Part shown: one piece after another, positions 63,721 to 64,000 of the stretch | How positions within the stretch are numbered: position 1 is the first letter of the stretch | Layout of the letters: each line of letters begins with the position of its first letter | NCBI GenBank assembly: GCA_900315245.1 | Contig: OMYJ01000007.1 | Location: forward strand, 93,256 to 157,255 | Direction of reading: 5' to 3' | Length of the DNA: 64,000 bases | Source: an uncultured Bacteroidales bacterium | GTDB taxonomy: Bacteria; Bacteroidota; Bacteroidia; Bacteroidales; WCHB1-69 | Translations under genes and position numbers: made by a program | The notes under the pieces: model-generated | The model's input: the letters and a program-made list of their open reading frames with translations, nothing else | What the model was told of the DNA's origin: nothing | Databases searched by the model: none

Positions 63721-64000
63721 TTATTGTTTGCTGTTTAAGGGAAGAAGATTTTCTATATTATCTACAAACTCGTGGGATAAAGGAGCCATTTCACGGACTT
63801 CCGTTTCCGAAACTTCTGCTATGCTGTTGTAATCTGCTTTGATGCGAAGTTGAATCATTCGGGCAAAAAAGCGACCAAATTGTTTGTCTAATTTACCTGT
63901 AAGAATGAAGTGCTTGCCAAGTTCTGTAAGAGTTCCATCGTGGGTCTTTACGATAATGTTGTTGGAAATAAAAACGGCATGGACTATATGATAGCAGGCA
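63721..64000 (-). CDS. HEPN-domain protein (toxin half of an MNT-HEPN pair), 5'-truncated by the window edge
   Basis: Not in the track. My translation of the minus strand gives ...ACYHIVHAVFISNNIIVKTHDGTLTELGKHFILTGKLDKQFGRFFARMIQLRIKADYNSIAEVSETEVREMAPLSHEFVDNIENLLPLNSKQ*, with R-x4-ADY typical of HEPN. The stop is at 63721..63723. Confidence 0.65.
   Translation of the reverse strand, partial: ACYHIVHAVFISNNIIVKTHDGTLTELGKHFILTGKLDKQFGRFFARMIQLRIKADYNSIAEVSETEVREMAPLSHEFVDNIENLLPLNSKQ

Overview
This is a chromosomal segment from a Bacteroidota, probably a GC-rich Bacteroidales. The evidence is TAnnTTTG-type -7 promoter boxes, T9SS and FISUMP proteins, a Na+-NQR operon, and a general lack of Shine-Dalgarno sites. 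The backbone genes are nqrABCDEF, apbE, rnr (RNase R), hutU, a Tat-dependent aldo/keto reductase with a polyferredoxin, an MBOAT acyltransferase pair, a Ser/Thr kinase, FGE-sulfatase-domain proteins and a large T9SS adhesin. I found no rRNA, tRNA, CRISPR array, transposase or integrase. Four things stand out. (1) The nqr operon is split between nqrD and nqrE by an ~11.5 kb island (9766..21266). The island holds an orphan beta-class DNA methyltransferase, decayed restriction/helicase gene fragments, a signal-peptide-less BspA-type LRR protein, an unassignable 3-gene AT-rich module, a DUF4062 + Schlafen/AlbA_2 gene pair, and an Avd-like four-helix-bundle/topoisomerase zinc-finger fusion. These cassettes are separated by three copies of a hairpin-rich composite repeat that also carries the 3' end of a small ORF. 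(2) A second ten-gene locus (45275..52780) consists of unassignable small paralogous proteins, TerB-like modules, a UDG/Mug-like protein, an LRR fusion with an A8 frameshift and a KAP NTPase. (3) Short tandem repeats, mostly heptamers, are unusually dense in intergenic and intercistronic spacers, and a conserved 40-mer abuts several start codons. There is also a family of GC-rich mini-hairpins. (4) Several toxin-antitoxin or defence-type singletons are present (HipBA, HEPN, YhcG/PDDEXK, AAA ATPases), along with two inactivated genes (an in-frame TAA and a homopolymer frameshift). All family assignments come from motif recognition by eye. No searches were run, and non-CDS coordinates are approximate to within a few nt.
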